This document shows positions 10,625 to 26,528 of a stretch of DNA of 64,000 nucleotides, one piece after another. The stretch lies in NCBI RefSeq assembly GCF_009914755.1, contig NC_060929.1; one strand, 5' to 3'. The stretch's first letter is position 1; each line of letters starts with the position of its first letter. Position numbers and translations under genes: made by a program. Under the pieces are notes generated by a model. That model had not been told where the DNA came from. It was given only the letters and a program-made list of their open reading frames with translations, and searched no databases. The stretch is from the human T2T-CHM13v2.0 reference genome, Homo sapiens.

Positions 10625-13431
10625 GTGAGACAGTGGTCAGGGGGTCTTCTACAAACTCATGCATTTGTTACACATCCCCCAATATCCTGTGATTTGGCTT
10701 TATTGAGTCATTAACAGTGACAAGAGTTATCTGGTAAACTGAGTATATATAGTATCCACAATTTGATCATAATCTGCTATTTCCTCTCTAGAAAAATAGC
10801 ACTAAAGAATTGTTTTATTTTTCATTTTCAGAGGCATGAAGCCTTGTCCATAAAATTGTTTGAGAAGTGAGGATTAGTCTTAATATTTAATGCTAAAACA
10901 CAGATTTGTAGAGAAACAGGACAGGCCTTGGAATAGGGATTATGTTTTAGGGAGTAATGTTATGAGACTCAAGGAGAAATGGCCTCTGCTGTATCATCTA
11001 CAGGGAAATTTTTCTTTTGAAATCCTATATGAGTGATGTTTCTTAAAAAGCTCTGAGGCCTCTAGGGGCTATCATAGTCACCACTATCTGCTGTCTCTGT
11101 TTATACTCTGGACTGTCTACAGTGGAAATTATCTAGTTAATATTTCTGGTACTTGCACTGAACCTATGTGATAGGATCCTCTGGAAATGCATGTCACAAG
11201 TGATAAAGCTGTAGTATTTAGACATCATACTGAAGCTAAAGTTTGCTTTGGCTGTATGATGTGGCAACTCTTCTGTAGAGGGCTGTCAGAGGGAGTGGAT
11301 GATGGTGAGGCAGAGAGATTAAGTACCAATTTGTCTGGTTGGTCCAGGGAGGTATTAGAATGAGTGGATTAGGGGTGTGGGGGGATGGTGAAGACCAAGA
11401 GAAGCTGGGATTAGAAGGAAGAGAAGGGAAAAAGAATTCTCCCAATAGTCACCTTTCTTGGCATACTCTGAATTCATTGTAAGAGGATTTCCCTGAATTT
11501 AGCTTAAATGCAGCCTGTAATCTTCTGATTTTCTGTTGACAGTTTCTATGGTTTTGATGAGATGTAAAGTAGCCTTTTCAAGTCCTTCATGTCTTTAAGT
11601 TAAATGACAGTACTTCCAAAGCATGCATTCATTTTCTGGATCTAAAATTTGATTTGCTATAGCTTCAAAAGGCTGGCTTGGAAAGTGGATGGCTTACCCT
11701 ACAGTAAGGTGTAGAGGCAGGTGTTAGTATATGCACTAGTTTTGAGATTTAAGTAGGTATAAGGCCAGCTTGTTCATTATTATGAAGAATGTACATAAAT
11801 TATTAGAAAGTAGATGAATATGTGTGTGTGTTTGTGTTGTGTGTTCGTCTCCATATGTATGCTTGAAATAACAGAGATATGCTTTGTGATACTTAAAACT
11901 TGGATTTCAAAAGCCAAAATTTTGTACCATAAATAGTGATGAATTGTTATCTTTCCAAATAACTACTTTGTAGAAAGGGCTTTTAGAGCTACTACACAAT
12001 GTGTGAACAATATTTGTCTCTCCTCTATTTTTTGCAATATATTTTCATTGACATATTGCTGTACATACATATTGTATGTAATATCCATATTGTTACATTT
12101 CAAGTTCATGGTAATCTTGAGGAATGTAATGCACAGGCACAAAAGTTCCATTCCTGATTGAGAGTAGATTTTTCTCATGGACATTTCAGATAGATTTATT
12201 CATTTATCAGAAGTGCCTGGTGTTAGTCAATGCTGAGAAACCATGGGAGGCAGATTGTAGATTAAGAAAAATGGGGGAATAAATCAAAGAGTTTCCAGAA
12301 GTCTTTAGATCGTAGCATTTGAAAGCACGTAAAAGGGTTTAGCTTTAAATAAGGTTGCTGTAGACATTTGCTTAACAAATTCTTGTGAAGCCCTTTGGGA
12401 TTGGGGTGGGCTACAGGTGGTGAAGAGGCATGAACAAGTCAGGCCAGGCTCAGCTTTGCCACCAGCTGTAAGCCGGAAGCTCAGAGGAAAGACACTGTTA
12501 CCCTCCCTCTCCTGACTCAAAGCTTGGGGCAATTTGATACATAAACTATTTCTGTCTTACACTGACCTGTATATTAATATGTACTTTGGTACACAAACAT
12601 TTAATCTAGGGAGAAAATTATTTCAGAAAGTGCTTGCTTTTGGGAGATTTTGCCAGGAGAGTGCATGACTTTAATAAAGGCAAATTTCTGCCAGGCACTT
12701 TTGGAAATCCAGTGAAGAACCCCAAGATCTACAGCTCCAGAAATTTTTGCAGTTATAGGGAGAGAGTGTCACATTGTTACAGTGTGGCAAGATAGGAGCA
12801 AAAGCCACTCAGTTCTGAAAGTCATCATTGCCAGATCAACCTGTTAAATTCCCATGTTGGGCTTTCTTTTTTTCCTACCTAGTTACTACAGATGGCAGGA
12901 GAGTCCTGGGGTACAATTAGTACCATGTGCCTACATTAAAAGTAGATGGGAATTAGAGAGGAAGAGTAAGGGAATTTGTACTCACTAACCACCCTGCTAT
13001 ATAGATATATGTATATCATACATATACACATACATATATCTCATATTACTGAATCTTGAATATTATTCAAGATTATTCAATATATTGAATATTATAATAT
13101 TGAATACATATATGATTTCATTACCTGCAAGTCATGCGTTAAATATTTGTTAACATCTAGCATATGAGGAAATAAGCTCAGGGAGGTTAGGTAATCTACA
13201 CAGCCACACTGCTAGTGTTATTTTAAGTTGTATCCATCTGACTCCAAAAACTTTTTTTCAATACTATGAGTAGACAGAAGTTCCAATGTTTATATTCCCT
13301 TTTATATGGGATATTCAGGCATTTAAGCTATCACTAATTCACCTAGTCGTATATATTAACTGCTTTTGGAAAAAGAGTAATTTCTGGCATAGAAGCAGGT
13401 AACAAATGGGAATATCAGTGAGTTACTACTA

Positions 13432-13657
13432 TTTTTTTATTTTTATTTTTTTGAGACAGAGTCTTGGCCTGTCACCCAGGCTGGAGTATAGGTGTGAATA
13501 TGGCTCACTGCAGCCTCGACCTTCTGGGCTCAAGCAATCCTCACACATCAGCCTCCTGAGTAGCTTGGACCATAGATGTGCGCCACCGTGTCTGACTAGT
13601 TTTTAGGTGTTTTTTTTTTTTGGAAGAGATGGGGGTCTCACTATGTTGCACATGCTG
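13432..13657 (-). mobile_element. AluJ, 5'-truncated
   Basis: Alu right arm plus partial left arm with J-type residues. Confidence 0.85.
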
Positions 13658-13953
13658 TTAGTATATTTGTATTTGTTTATTTGCTTCACTATTGGCAAAC
13701 CCTGTTAAGATCTTTTATTTTTATTATTTCACTGATTTTTCTCTTGTTGCTTATTAAACATCAGCATTTAACCCCAGACTCTAATCTGTTGGTAGATTTT
13801 ACCCCCAGTGAGCTTATTTCATAAATCACTTGTGCAGTGAGGATTCTGAAGTAACTATTTGGCAATAGGGCAGAATTTCTCTTTGGAAATTTCTGAACTT
13901 GATACTGAATGTTGTTGGCACTCCCTTCAGAGTCTCCATAAAAAGAAACCAAA

Positions 13954-14253
13954 TTTTTTTTTTTTTTTTTTTTTTGAGATGGAGTCTCACTCTGTTGCCA
14001 GGCTGGAGTGCAGTGGCGTAATCCCGGCTCACTGCAACCTCCGCCTCCCAAGTTAAAGTGATTCTTCTGCCTCAGCCTCCTGAGTAGCTGAGATTACAGG
14101 CACGCGCCACCACGCCTGGCTAATTTTTGTATTTTTAGTAGAGATGGGGTTTCATCATGTTGTCCAGGATGGTCTCGATCTCTTGACCTTGTGATCCACC
14201 CGCCTTGGCCTCCCAAAGTGCTGGGATTACAGATGTGAGCCACCATGCCCGGC
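13954..14253 (-). mobile_element. AluSc-like
   Basis: Full-length Alu; TSD aaa(a/g)gaaaccaaat. Confidence 0.92.
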
Positions 14254-15744
14254 AAAGGAAACCAAATCTTAAGGTAGATTCTGTGCATTTGTGGTCGTGG
14301 TGTTGTGATTGTTAATGAGTCACTTTGAGTACTCTAGTAGATTTGTCCAACAGTGTCTCAGTGGGCCCAGCTGGCACAACATGTAGAAATTATGAAAGAG
14401 TAGCAGAGATGAATTAAGTTTGCATTCACTTTCACTTATTTTAAAGCAATTTGTAGTCACCAAACCTTCAGTTATTTCTGCCACTATGTGTGCATATTCA
14501 CCCTAATTCCAGGTATAGTGACCTGAAAGAGTTAATTCTTCTTTCAGTGGCACCTACTTTTATTTCCCCCAGCACTGATTTTTCTATCTGATGACTCTAT
14601 CCTGGAACAGAGTTTACACTCGTTGTAAAGTGACATAGTAGTGAATTTATAAAAATTGCACAATGGTCAGAATAGACAAAGAAATCATATCTATGAGCTT
14701 CCACTCCAGTTTTTCATCCTCTGATGGTCACTTTATAATGACTGGGGCTGTTTTAGTTTGCAAATTTCATATTGGTCACAGGACTCTTCTTCTGAGAAAA
14801 AGTTTATTTTCTTTGGTCTGATGATACAATAATTTATTTCAATTACCTCTTTCCTCAATTTTTCTACAGACTGCTGAGCCAGATGGAATTATGGCTGAGC
14901 TCTTCTCTGTTTCTGTATCTTGTACACATTCTGACTGAAGAAGAAATCTATTTATTGTAGCTTGAATGTCATTGGCCTACTGTTTCCTTCTGACCCAGGA
15001 GTGAGCCATCACATGGGCATCTGGTCTAACTCAGAACACTCTGCAGGGACACAGCCTGGCATATTATAGGTTGCCTATTGGCATGCTGTCTACTTGACAG
15101 AATAGCAAAGTCAGTTCTGGGTACTTGCTTGTTGCCTACCAATTTTTGCTCTCAATGAGAGGTCAGAATAATGTCAATTTGCAAATGTTTGAGGAAACAT
15201 TCCTGTCACCAAACCCAGAGGTTTAGCTGAATATGATGGCATTTTACAGGTGTCTTTAAATGTGGCTTTTACAGAACTTCACCTGGATCAATGTTTTGTG
15301 CATGTGATAATACAACTATAAATTTAGCTTATTAATATGATAATATTTGGAGCAGTATAATCTATAACCATGACTTCAAAAATCAAAGGTTAAAAGTATT
15401 CTTTTGCAGTGTTTTAAATCTGCTAACCTGAAAACTATACAAGGGTTTTTCTTTCAAGAATTTTAACTTGACAAATGCAAAGGAATATCCAACATTGCAA
15501 AGGTAAAGAGAAATCTTAGTTCCTTGGCATATAAGCACCATCAGTTCCTTTCTGGCCTTCCAGGGTCAGAACTCTGGGCTCCAAGGAGGTACAACTGTGA
15601 GTGAGAGAGTAGCTGCTGTGCTAGCAGGCTATGCATCCAGAACTAAACAGACCTAGCACTTTCTGTTGTACTGGAACCCATTAGGTATGTTCTAAAGTTA
15701 TGTTTATTTTACTTTCCTGGTTTGTAAATTAGCATTTTAAATGA

Positions 15745-16087
<343 letters not shown>

Positions 16088-16164
16088 TGATATACTAGAA
16101 GACCAATATGCAACATAATGATTATTTTAAATGTTATATTCCCTTTTGCCTTAATGCGGAACAG

Positions 16165-16770
16165 TCTATGTATCCCTTTTCTGATGATTTGTAACAAATT
16201 ACCACAAGTAAGTTGTTTAAAACACCACCTATTTGTTATCTCACAGTCCTGTACCATGTGGCTGAGTTGTCCGCTCAGGTATTCTCAAGGCTGAAATGAA
16301 CACAGCTGGGCTGTGTTGTCCTTTGCAGGCTCTTAGGAAGAATCTACTATCGAGCTCATTCAGATTGTTGGCAGAATCCAGTTGTTTGGGGACTGAGATC
16401 TCTGTTTTCCTACTTACTATTGGCCTGGGGTCACTCTCAGTTCCTAGAGAACTGAGGACTCAGGACTCTTGTCCCATGGTCTGCTCCATCTTCATGGCTG
16501 GCACTGGAGAATCTTCCCTCACATGGAATCCCTCTTATGCTTCAGATCTCTCTGATTTCTGTCTCTGACCTCTAGACCCAGATTTAAAGAGCTCATGTGA
16601 TTATGTCAGTCCCATCCAGATGATCTCCCTTTCTTAAAGCCAACTGTGCTACATAGCATAATGTAATCATGGGAATAAGATCCATCACAATCACAGTCTT
16701 GGAGACTATTCAGGGTGTGCACACCAGGATATAGGGATCTTGGGGCCATCTTGGAATTCTGCCTATCAGT
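16165..16770 (-). mobile_element. MLT1 (MaLR, MLT1E-like) solo LTR
   Basis: Starts gtaacaaattaccaca...aaaacaccac.atttgttatctcacag and ends ggggccatcttggaattctgccta.ca, the reverse of the MLT1 LTR start. Confidence 0.75.
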
Positions 16771-17560
16771 TTATATCAATGTTCATAAAATAGCACTATG
16801 CAAAATCTGCAGTGGATATATTCTTAATACAGTCCTATTAGGAAGGAAAAGGAGATATTATATGCAGTCTCATGTCCCAGAGGGCAATTTGTTGATGTCT
16901 TCCACATGGATTTCCATGGTACGAAGATAGCATATTATTTCATTGAGTAGTTGTGTGAGTTTATTAATAAAATAGGGTATTTTAAACTTATTTTACTTTA
17001 AATCTTAGAAGAGGTGATTCATCCTTCTGTAGCTCAAATATTCTATGTCATAAATCACAGATAATACCATTACAAGATAAATTAAATCTTTTTTATAATT
17101 TTATAGGAACTGAAGTGTATTCTTATTCTTCAGTAATACTACATCACCCATATGGACTACCTAATTGATTTTTTCCACATATGGAGTTTTGTGACCATTA
17201 TTCTACCAAAAGACTAACCTTTGAAGCAATAGGACATATTAGAGTTCTTCACCAATAGAAAGTAAGCATAGTCCTGGGAGGTACCATCTAAGTATTAAAG
17301 AACTAAATAATCACAGTTATTTCAACTGTGATTGAAATTGTGATAGTAATATATGTCTTACTGTGTCAGATATATCAGTAGTCAACTTTTCAACTTGAAT
17401 TTTTCCAAGTTTAATCAAGTTCTGGATGAAACTCATGTACATTTTACTACTTTTAGTTTTGTATTGTTTTAAATCAATATCCTGGAAACTCAGAAGTAAA
17501 AAAGAGAAAGAAGAAAAATATATGTCATTTCATGTAAATTTATTTAAAACACAGACTTTT

Positions 17561-17865
<305 letters not shown>

Positions 17866-20240
17866 TAAAACACAGACTTTTGTGTTAAGGGGACCTAAAC
17901 ATGACTGTCAGCTGAACTCAGCAATCAGACAAGTAATTTAATCTCTCCAAAGTTCAGATGTCTCATTTTTGCAATTTAAGTACAATAATGTTGACTTTGC
18001 ATTATAGTTCATTTATTTAAACACATTTTAAAAACCTCCCAGATGCCAGAAGCCTGCTAGACTCTGACTATATAGCTACGCTTTTATGAATATCTGAAGA
18101 TATGCATGTGTCTAATGAGCAAAACAGATATAATCCCTTTCATAGAGTTTACTGTCTGACAAAGAAAGAATTAGGATACATGCAACAGTATGTAATAAAG
18201 TGCAAAATCTAGTACTGTGTAGCTACTTAAAACATATTATATGCTTTCTTCCTTTCCTTTTCCCTGCCTGATCTTACTGCCATAAGAAATCTTGTAACTG
18301 TGATTCTGTCAAATGAATCTAAGAAGGATGTTGTTGCTGATGGACTAGTATAGAAAATAGCAGCATGACAAATTAAATGTGTCATTGGGGAAGTGAGATT
18401 GTATAATGAACTGAGTTTCCTGGTCAGTCCTGCTGGAACTGTGCCTTTCAGCAAAATGAGTTTGATGATTTCATTCCAAAGATCAAGTTGCAGCAATTTT
18501 CATCATGAATGTTACCCAATCATAGAAAAATTGGCAACATTTCTCAGCAGATGTTACAGTCTTTCTCAAAGGAAGGTTCTCTCAGCTGACAAGCTAACGA
18601 TAGTGCTCCTGATGGCGAGGGGAGAGACGGTGATGATGACTGATTGATAAAAAGTATTTTAGTCATATTTCCAGGTTTATAAAATGATTTGCAAACATTT
18701 TCTTTTGTTCCCTCTAACACCGCTAGTAGATAATGGAAACTCCTTTGATTTGGTCTGTAGATAATTTTATGCTATGTTATATGGAATATCCACAGCATTT
18801 TGTGAACTTGAAAACAAAGGAGGAAGCAGCTTGCATATGCATATCTTGCTAGCAGATTGGTAGAATAGAGAGAGCAGTTAGCATGTGAGGACCATTGAGG
18901 TAAAGTATCCCAGAGTTGTAACTTTTTCTGGGCCTTGACTTTGGCTAATTCTCTGCATGCCAAATATCATGTAGCCATCCAGAAATCTGTCTGAATATTG
19001 AGATGGTGATCATTTCTCTCCTGGGTGTTATGAAGAAATGTGTTTATTAAATACTTTGCATCCCTTAAAGGAACTATATGAATGATAGGAATAAGAATTA
19101 TTGACAGTTTTGAATGGTCTATTGATATTACTATGGCTTTGTTTCTACCAAATATGGTAAGTATAATGTAGAGGAAAATACAAAATACAACTTTTATCCC
19201 CCATTTTTTTCATTCAACTATACCTCAATATTCAGTGACAGGGCCACCTCAATCTCCGCCCATGAAAACGCATCTAGAGGAGTGTCACAAGTTTTTCACA
19301 GTGACATTTTTGCTTACTGATACAAGACAGTGATGGTGACTGATGATGTCCCAGTGATTTCTGAGTAGCTTCTAACCAGCACATAACTCCCCCAACAGTC
19401 TTTAAGTCTTTAGGTGCCCATATTTTCCTCTTTGTTCTCCCCCTTCAGACTGAGAGTTTGTAGAGAGAGGGCAACAGATCTTTTCAATACACAACTAATG
19501 CAAAATGTATCAGGTTTTTCTTGGATTTCAGCTACTCCCTGTTAAACAATCAGAGCTTAGTGAACAGTGATTCAGTGAGGAGGGAAAGCACTCAGGAAGG
19601 AGCAGGAACAAGTACAAGTTTATGAAAAGGATTAGCTAGCAAAACAAGGTCAAACTCTGCAATAGTTTGTTTTCCTCTCCCTAGTATCCCTCTTCAATCA
19701 GAAAAGAGACTGTTATCAGTTGCTGGTGTTATGACTGGGCACATCCGCCCTGGGTCAAATATGCTGCAGTCTGCAAAGCCAGCAGCAGATTGCAGTCCTC
19801 TGCAGTCCAGCCAGGCCAGCAGAACTTGTGTAGCCATGTGCCCTGTTATAGCTGTAATACTGAATTGGGAATGTTCCCTTAATGGGGCACTTGAGGGCAA
19901 AAGCAGTGAAAGCTTTTCCTTTCTCAAAGCAGACTGTTCTTCCCGTAGTGTTTTAAGAACACAGACATGTATTGGGCAAGGCAAAGCCAAAGGTGGCCTT
20001 TACAAGATTATTAAATCTGGTCTTCCAGGGTATCTAATCTGTGTGAGGACCCTGATGAACTAATTTTCTTCTAAAGTGCTATATATGTAGATATCATCAT
20101 AGAGTTACACATGAAATGGCTCATTCAATACTTTTTTAGATGCCTGGAAATATTTAAGGGAGTAACTAATCAATTAGCAGCATTCCTGGGAGAACATTGT
20201 CTTGTCATTTTAACAGAAAACTCTCTTTGTGATTTTGCAG

Positions 20241-20299
20241 CCACGACAGCCCAACCCTGACTGGCGTTACTCTGCCTCCCTGAGAGCAGGCATGCACAG
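20241..20299 (+). CDS. PCDHAC2: Protocadherin-alpha constant exon 1 (59 nt, [20 protein letters not shown])
   Basis: ttttgcag|CCACGA...GCACAG|gtatgt. The peptide is the Pcdh-alpha constant region, in frame with the phase-0 donor at 10624. Shared by all PCDHA genes. Confidence 0.97.
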
Positions 20300-21640
20300 G
20301 TATGTATTTCCCTCCTCATTCACTCAGAAGTAACCTTAACTTGGTATGGCTCAGATAAACTGCATCTCCATAGGCCAGAAGCAGCTGTCAAAACTAAAAA
20401 GCTTTAGGTACTTTGCCAGGAAAATGCAATTATTTTGTCCCCATGTTTATTCCTTGAAAGATCGCAAATGGTCAGTGCCAGATGCTTATCAAGTGCTGGC
20501 ATATAAGAGTCCTCTGTAAAATCACAGAAACAGGCTGCTATGTATTTTCTCCCATCAAAATTTCTACAGGGAAGTAATTTCAACCTCCTTCATCCCTCTC
20601 TACCTATGCTTTCTTTTCCTCCTTTAAAAACTGTAATTAATACTCATGCTTTGAGACTTGGGTACATTGTGCAATGTATACATACATGTTGTCTACCTTG
20701 TTTTTTTTTTAATCTCACATTGGCTATTACATCCTATTACCCTCAATAATTGATTGCTATTGTTGTTTGTGTTCACACCTATTAGAGCCTCCTCATCTTT
20801 CCCATCTGTTGCTATCTTATTGTCATCAATGACATGGTTCTTCAGAAGATGAGCCATGTAAAGGGCTCCAAATCTAGCTTACTTTAAATTAACCTAGAGT
20901 AACGGTATTAGTCTAAGACTCAGATTAAATATAATTTTGCTTTCTCTACTTTGTCTCTCTGACAGTAATTGATTAACTACCATTATTTCTGGAGGTGATC
21001 CAGTATCCATGCCATGGGGCCAAATAAAAGATTCATTATTTGCGAATGTCTTTGGAAACCAAATGGGAAGGACCAAGAAACAAATGATCACAACTATCAA
21101 AAGGATTTAATTTTAAAGAAGAAATAATCTTCAAACTTAAGCCCCTCAAAATATCTGGGCAACTATCAAGTGAATATTCACCAAACTTAGATCAGTTCGT
21201 AAAGAGAAAGCCTACAAAGTATGTGTAGAGTTAATGTGAAATTAGTTTTAGCCCATTAAAATGCATTAGATTGAAATAAATTAACATACTCTCAAGCATT
21301 ACAAATGAGCAGAAATCATTACATTGGGTGCTATTTCTGATTCAGAAGCAATCAGTGAAGGGCTGAAGATTAGTAGTTGGCTTGGTAAGATGTCACATTG
21401 GAACCTGGGTCATAATTTTAGGCCAGAAACATTCATGCATATACCAGAATATTAGGTATCAGAAGAAATTCTTTATATTTATTAGAGACCAACTTGTGCT
21501 TTTGCCTGCATCTGAGCTGTTGGTGGAGACATGCAATGGGTAAAAGCATGGTTTACAGTACCAACTCTTGAAAAGTACCAAAGCTATGAGTTGTGCCTTA
21601 AAAACTACATTTGAAATAAAACATTAAAACATAACTTCCT

Positions 21641-21968
<328 letters not shown>

Positions 21969-22582
21969 TCAAATTGAAAAAAAAAAGCCAAATGTGCTCC
22001 TATTCGGGTTTCAATTAAGATATTATGAGATTTGAGTAGGGTAAGAAATAAAATAAAAATTGAAATTAAAATGCCATTTCTTTTTTGCATTGTAATACAT
22101 TGAACATATTAAATGAGTTGTGAACCTAAATAATACTAATCTTTTTCGTATGTGTGCTTGGGTGTTCTCGGTCTTTCCAGTCTTGGACATCATGTAACTA
22201 TTCTTTAAAAAATTCTGCTTTGAGCTGAGCTGGCTCCAGGATAGTTACACCTTCATGAATCTGACTGAGCCCACACAATTTGCTAGTAGGATCCAGGAAC
22301 ACTTGAAGGCTGTTAATATTTGGGGAAAAAAAACAGATAATTCTAGAGTGTAGACAAGGGGAAGAATAGTAAAAGGTCAGAGTTTAATGAGTGAATTTCT
22401 ACTGGATATGTTGTTTGAAGTCAAAGAGTGAGAAAACATTGAACTTATATGTTGCCTTCCCTCTAATAGTTCAAGTTTGCCTGCTCTGTTGCCTCATATA
22501 ACCCCTTTAGTCAGTAGTCTAAATTTTATTTTAGAAATTTAACTTTCAAGATAAGCAAATGTCTAGTTTAAAAGGGTCCTCT

Positions 22583-23007
<425 letters not shown>

Positions 23008-23766
23008 CCAACAAATATTTGAGAGATTAATATGAGTTAGTATTAGACATACATAAATGAATACTGCACCATGTTCTCTTTTCCCTTGAACAGTTTATGT
23101 TCTATCTCTGCTTGCCTCTAAAGGTCTCCCAGTTTGTATCTCACTCCCAGCAATGTTTTATGCTGAATTAATCTCTTCTGAGCGGGGATCTGTGAGTGGT
23201 GGTGATCAAGTTTCTCTAGTCTCAGGAAATATAGGGTGGGTCATCTATGCATAAAAGATATAGAAAGAGTAAAATAGAAAATAAGGTTAAGAATTAATTA
23301 GATAGCCAAATTGGAACAATACTCCAATTATCAGAAAATATTTTAGTGTGTTTTCTTCTTTAGAGTAGAGAACCTAGGAACAAGAGAACCTGCAAGAGAG
23401 GCTTGGAACTTTTGAGAACAAGCCCTCCTCATCTGCTTCAGTATCGAGATGTTAAAATGGCTTAGTCCTCTGATGGGCTTCCTGTTAGATTTAGTGAGCG
23501 CCACATGGCGTTAATAAAAAACAGAATTGCCATAAAGATAGAACATGTGTGTTCCTGGAATAGTATAGCAGGCAATAAGTAAGTCAGCAATGCTTCTGCA
23601 GTTTATGCAGGGTGACTGCTCAGCAGTAATTGCTTCAGTTCAAGCATGAGCAGAATGTGTTAGCTGCAGCCCTGGCTTCATAGTTGTAAGCAATTTCTGA
23701 GGGTGGAAGAAGAGATGGGAAAGAATTTATGATCTAACCGTTATCTGGGTCTGTGTGTTTATTCAG

Positions 23767-23855
23767 CTCTGTGCACCTAGAGGAGGCTGGCATTCTACGG
23801 GCTGGTCCAGGAGGGCCTGATCAGCAGTGGCCAACAGTATCCAGTGCAACACCAG
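23767..23855 (+). CDS. PCDHAC2: Protocadherin-alpha constant exon 2 (89 nt, [29 protein letters not shown])
   Basis: ttattcag|CTCTGT...ACCAG|gtaaag. Phase 2 in, phase 1 out, consistent with the neighbouring exons. Confidence 0.97.
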
Positions 23856-24774
23856 GTAAAGAGCTGGGGTCTCTCCATTCTTTCTTGGTTTCTGGAAAGT
23901 GATCAGATGACCTACTTTTGTAAGATCAGGAATGTTGATGGCTCTTTTTCTTTTATATTTTTGTTATTCCCTTTTTTCCATACATACATGATTTCCTTAC
24001 ATATATGATTATTTTGATTTTATACCTAATGCTCTTCAGGAGTTGAAAAAGGATAACAAGGAAAGTGTGTGTGCACGCATGTGTGCATGTGTGTGTGTGT
24101 GTATGAAGTTTTTGGGGTTTGTTTGTTTGTTTAAATCAGGTACCTTTCAAATGCTTAGGTCATCCAAGCCATGCAGAGAAGATCTGGTGGCCTTATGCAC
24201 AGAGATGACACTGTTAACAAAGATCTTTTGGTTGAAGACTATGGAAACCCACCCAAAGTAGTAAGGAAAGAAAGAGAAAAAGAAGGAAAGAAAGAAAAAG
24301 GAAGGAAGGAAGGAAGATGGTTTCTCATGGAAGTGGAAAATTATCGGAACCAAGGCATTGTTTTGAGTTCAAGTCAAAGTCAATCTGCTTCTCTCTGCAC
24401 ATCAACAACATTCTGCAGACTGACTTTTAGTGCCTTGGCATGCATGTTGCCAAACATGACCGCCTCACAATTTCTTAGTTTAGAGGGATAATAGGGACTA
24501 TTTCCTAATCCAAACTTTCAGGAAAGAGAACCTGCTAAGTTGTGTAAAAAACCTAATGGCTGGGTGAGTATAGGAAAATTGCTTAAACTCACATTTGCTT
24601 GGTATCCTTATTCTTGCCCTATCACTAAAGCAGGGTCATGTAATAGAAATATGGCTTTGGAGGCCCATCGCTGTGGCAGTTTTCAGAAAGGGAAGATTAA
24701 GTGTTGGTAGAGACCACAAATTGTGTCTACTCTAATCCTCTATTAATAGAACATCATGATGATAATAGTAGTTA

Positions 24775-24995
24775 CTAATTATTAAGCCATAATATGCCTA
24801 GACACTGTGCCAAGTACATTGTATGTGTGGTCTCATTTATTCCTTAAGTCAAGCTTGCAAGGGATTTATTACATCTATTCTACATATGAGAAACTGGAGA
24901 GGCAGAGAGATTAAGAAATGTACCCAAGTTCACGTAGCTTGTAAGTGGCAGAGGGTAGGATTCAAACCCAGATGTGTTTAGTTTCAAATCCAAGT
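24775..24995 (-). mobile_element. MIR
   Basis: MIR core: atgagaaactgga.aggcagagagattaag...cccaag...gtaagtggcagag...ggattcaaacccag. Confidence 0.7.
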
Positions 24996-26004
24996 ATATC
25001 TAGCACTTATATTCATAACATGGCTGGCTTGCAATAATCCATTCAAATTCAAATACATATCTACATACATAACAGATGACAGAATGTGTGTGTAAAAGGT
25101 TTTTTCCCAAAAATAATCAGATGCCTTTCAAATTATTAAGTAACATGCAGCTAAGGGCCCATTTTTACTGGCAACTTTAAGGGCATTCATTGATTCTAAT
25201 CAGCCAGGATTTGCTATTTATGGATGTTGCACAATTCAACTAAAAGTCACATTTGTCCAAAAAATATACGAGTTGAAGCAATTCATTAGAGAGCTAATAT
25301 TGCCAGATTGCAAGGGGAAAAACATAAAATAGTTCATTGACAAATCTGTACCCTCAGTGCCAACGATGGAGTGAAGAAATGATGGAGGAGGAAGTGGTTT
25401 TAGACTGCCAAGTGTTGCAGGATGTGGAGGCATCTGGGAAGGTGAGAACTTCCCAAAGAAGCCACGTGAAATCATGACTTTCTACCTTGCCTTTATTTCA
25501 GAGTTTTTCTTGCTCTTATGGAGGCATTGTAGGTCGACCTGGTAAGCCACAAACTAACTTTGAATACATTCTCCCTCCCATTGGTGATGCTGGTTGGTGT
25601 GTATTCCTAGGCAAATGTGGAATAGGAACCATGTATTGATATTTCATACATCTGGCCAAGTCCCTCTTTCAGATTCAAAAAATGTTGAGAACCTATCTTT
25701 TTTACAGAGATAGAGAAGGGGATCTCCCTTGTTCCCTTTCTTACTGTCCCAGCCCCTCTTGTATAACCCATTTTATCCAGAACTGTGCCTGGCTGCTGAT
25801 GCATGAGTCACAGTCTTCATGGACTGTGCTGGATAGAGCTTACATCTTCCAACTACTCCATGGCAACCTAATCATACTTTTCAATACATACCTCTGCATC
25901 AGTGGTGTAAAGTTAAAGGGATTCTCTGCCTTCTCCCTGTCCTTCTGGTACTTTTAGGTTTTTAGGACTCAATATATGTTCTGCACTGCTTGGAGGGAAT
26001 ATGG

Positions 26005-26232
26005 CATAAAGATTAAGATTATGATTTAGAGTCAGATTTGAGTTGAATTCTAATCCCAAGCTTACTTGCTGGGTGAGCATAGACAAACTGCCTGAATTCA
26101 TATTTTCTTAATTACCCTTTCTGTAAATTGGGTGTAGTAATAATAATAACACCTATTTTATTGAGTTACCATGAGAACTAAAGGAGAAAAAAAGAACTGA
26201 GCATAGTGCTTGACATATAGTTAATAAATGTC
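26005..26232 (+). mobile_element. MIR
   Basis: ttagagtcaga...gttgaattct...ctgtaaattggg...catagtgcttgacatatagt...aataaatg. Confidence 0.65.
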
Positions 26233-26237
26233 TAATC

Positions 26238-26528
<291 letters not shown>

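Noticed and set aside
10593-10625. Direct repeat ttctcaaaa(a)tgagg at the variable-exon donor as an alternative donor
   Set aside because: The upstream copy is followed by GCTGTT, a poor match even for a GC donor.
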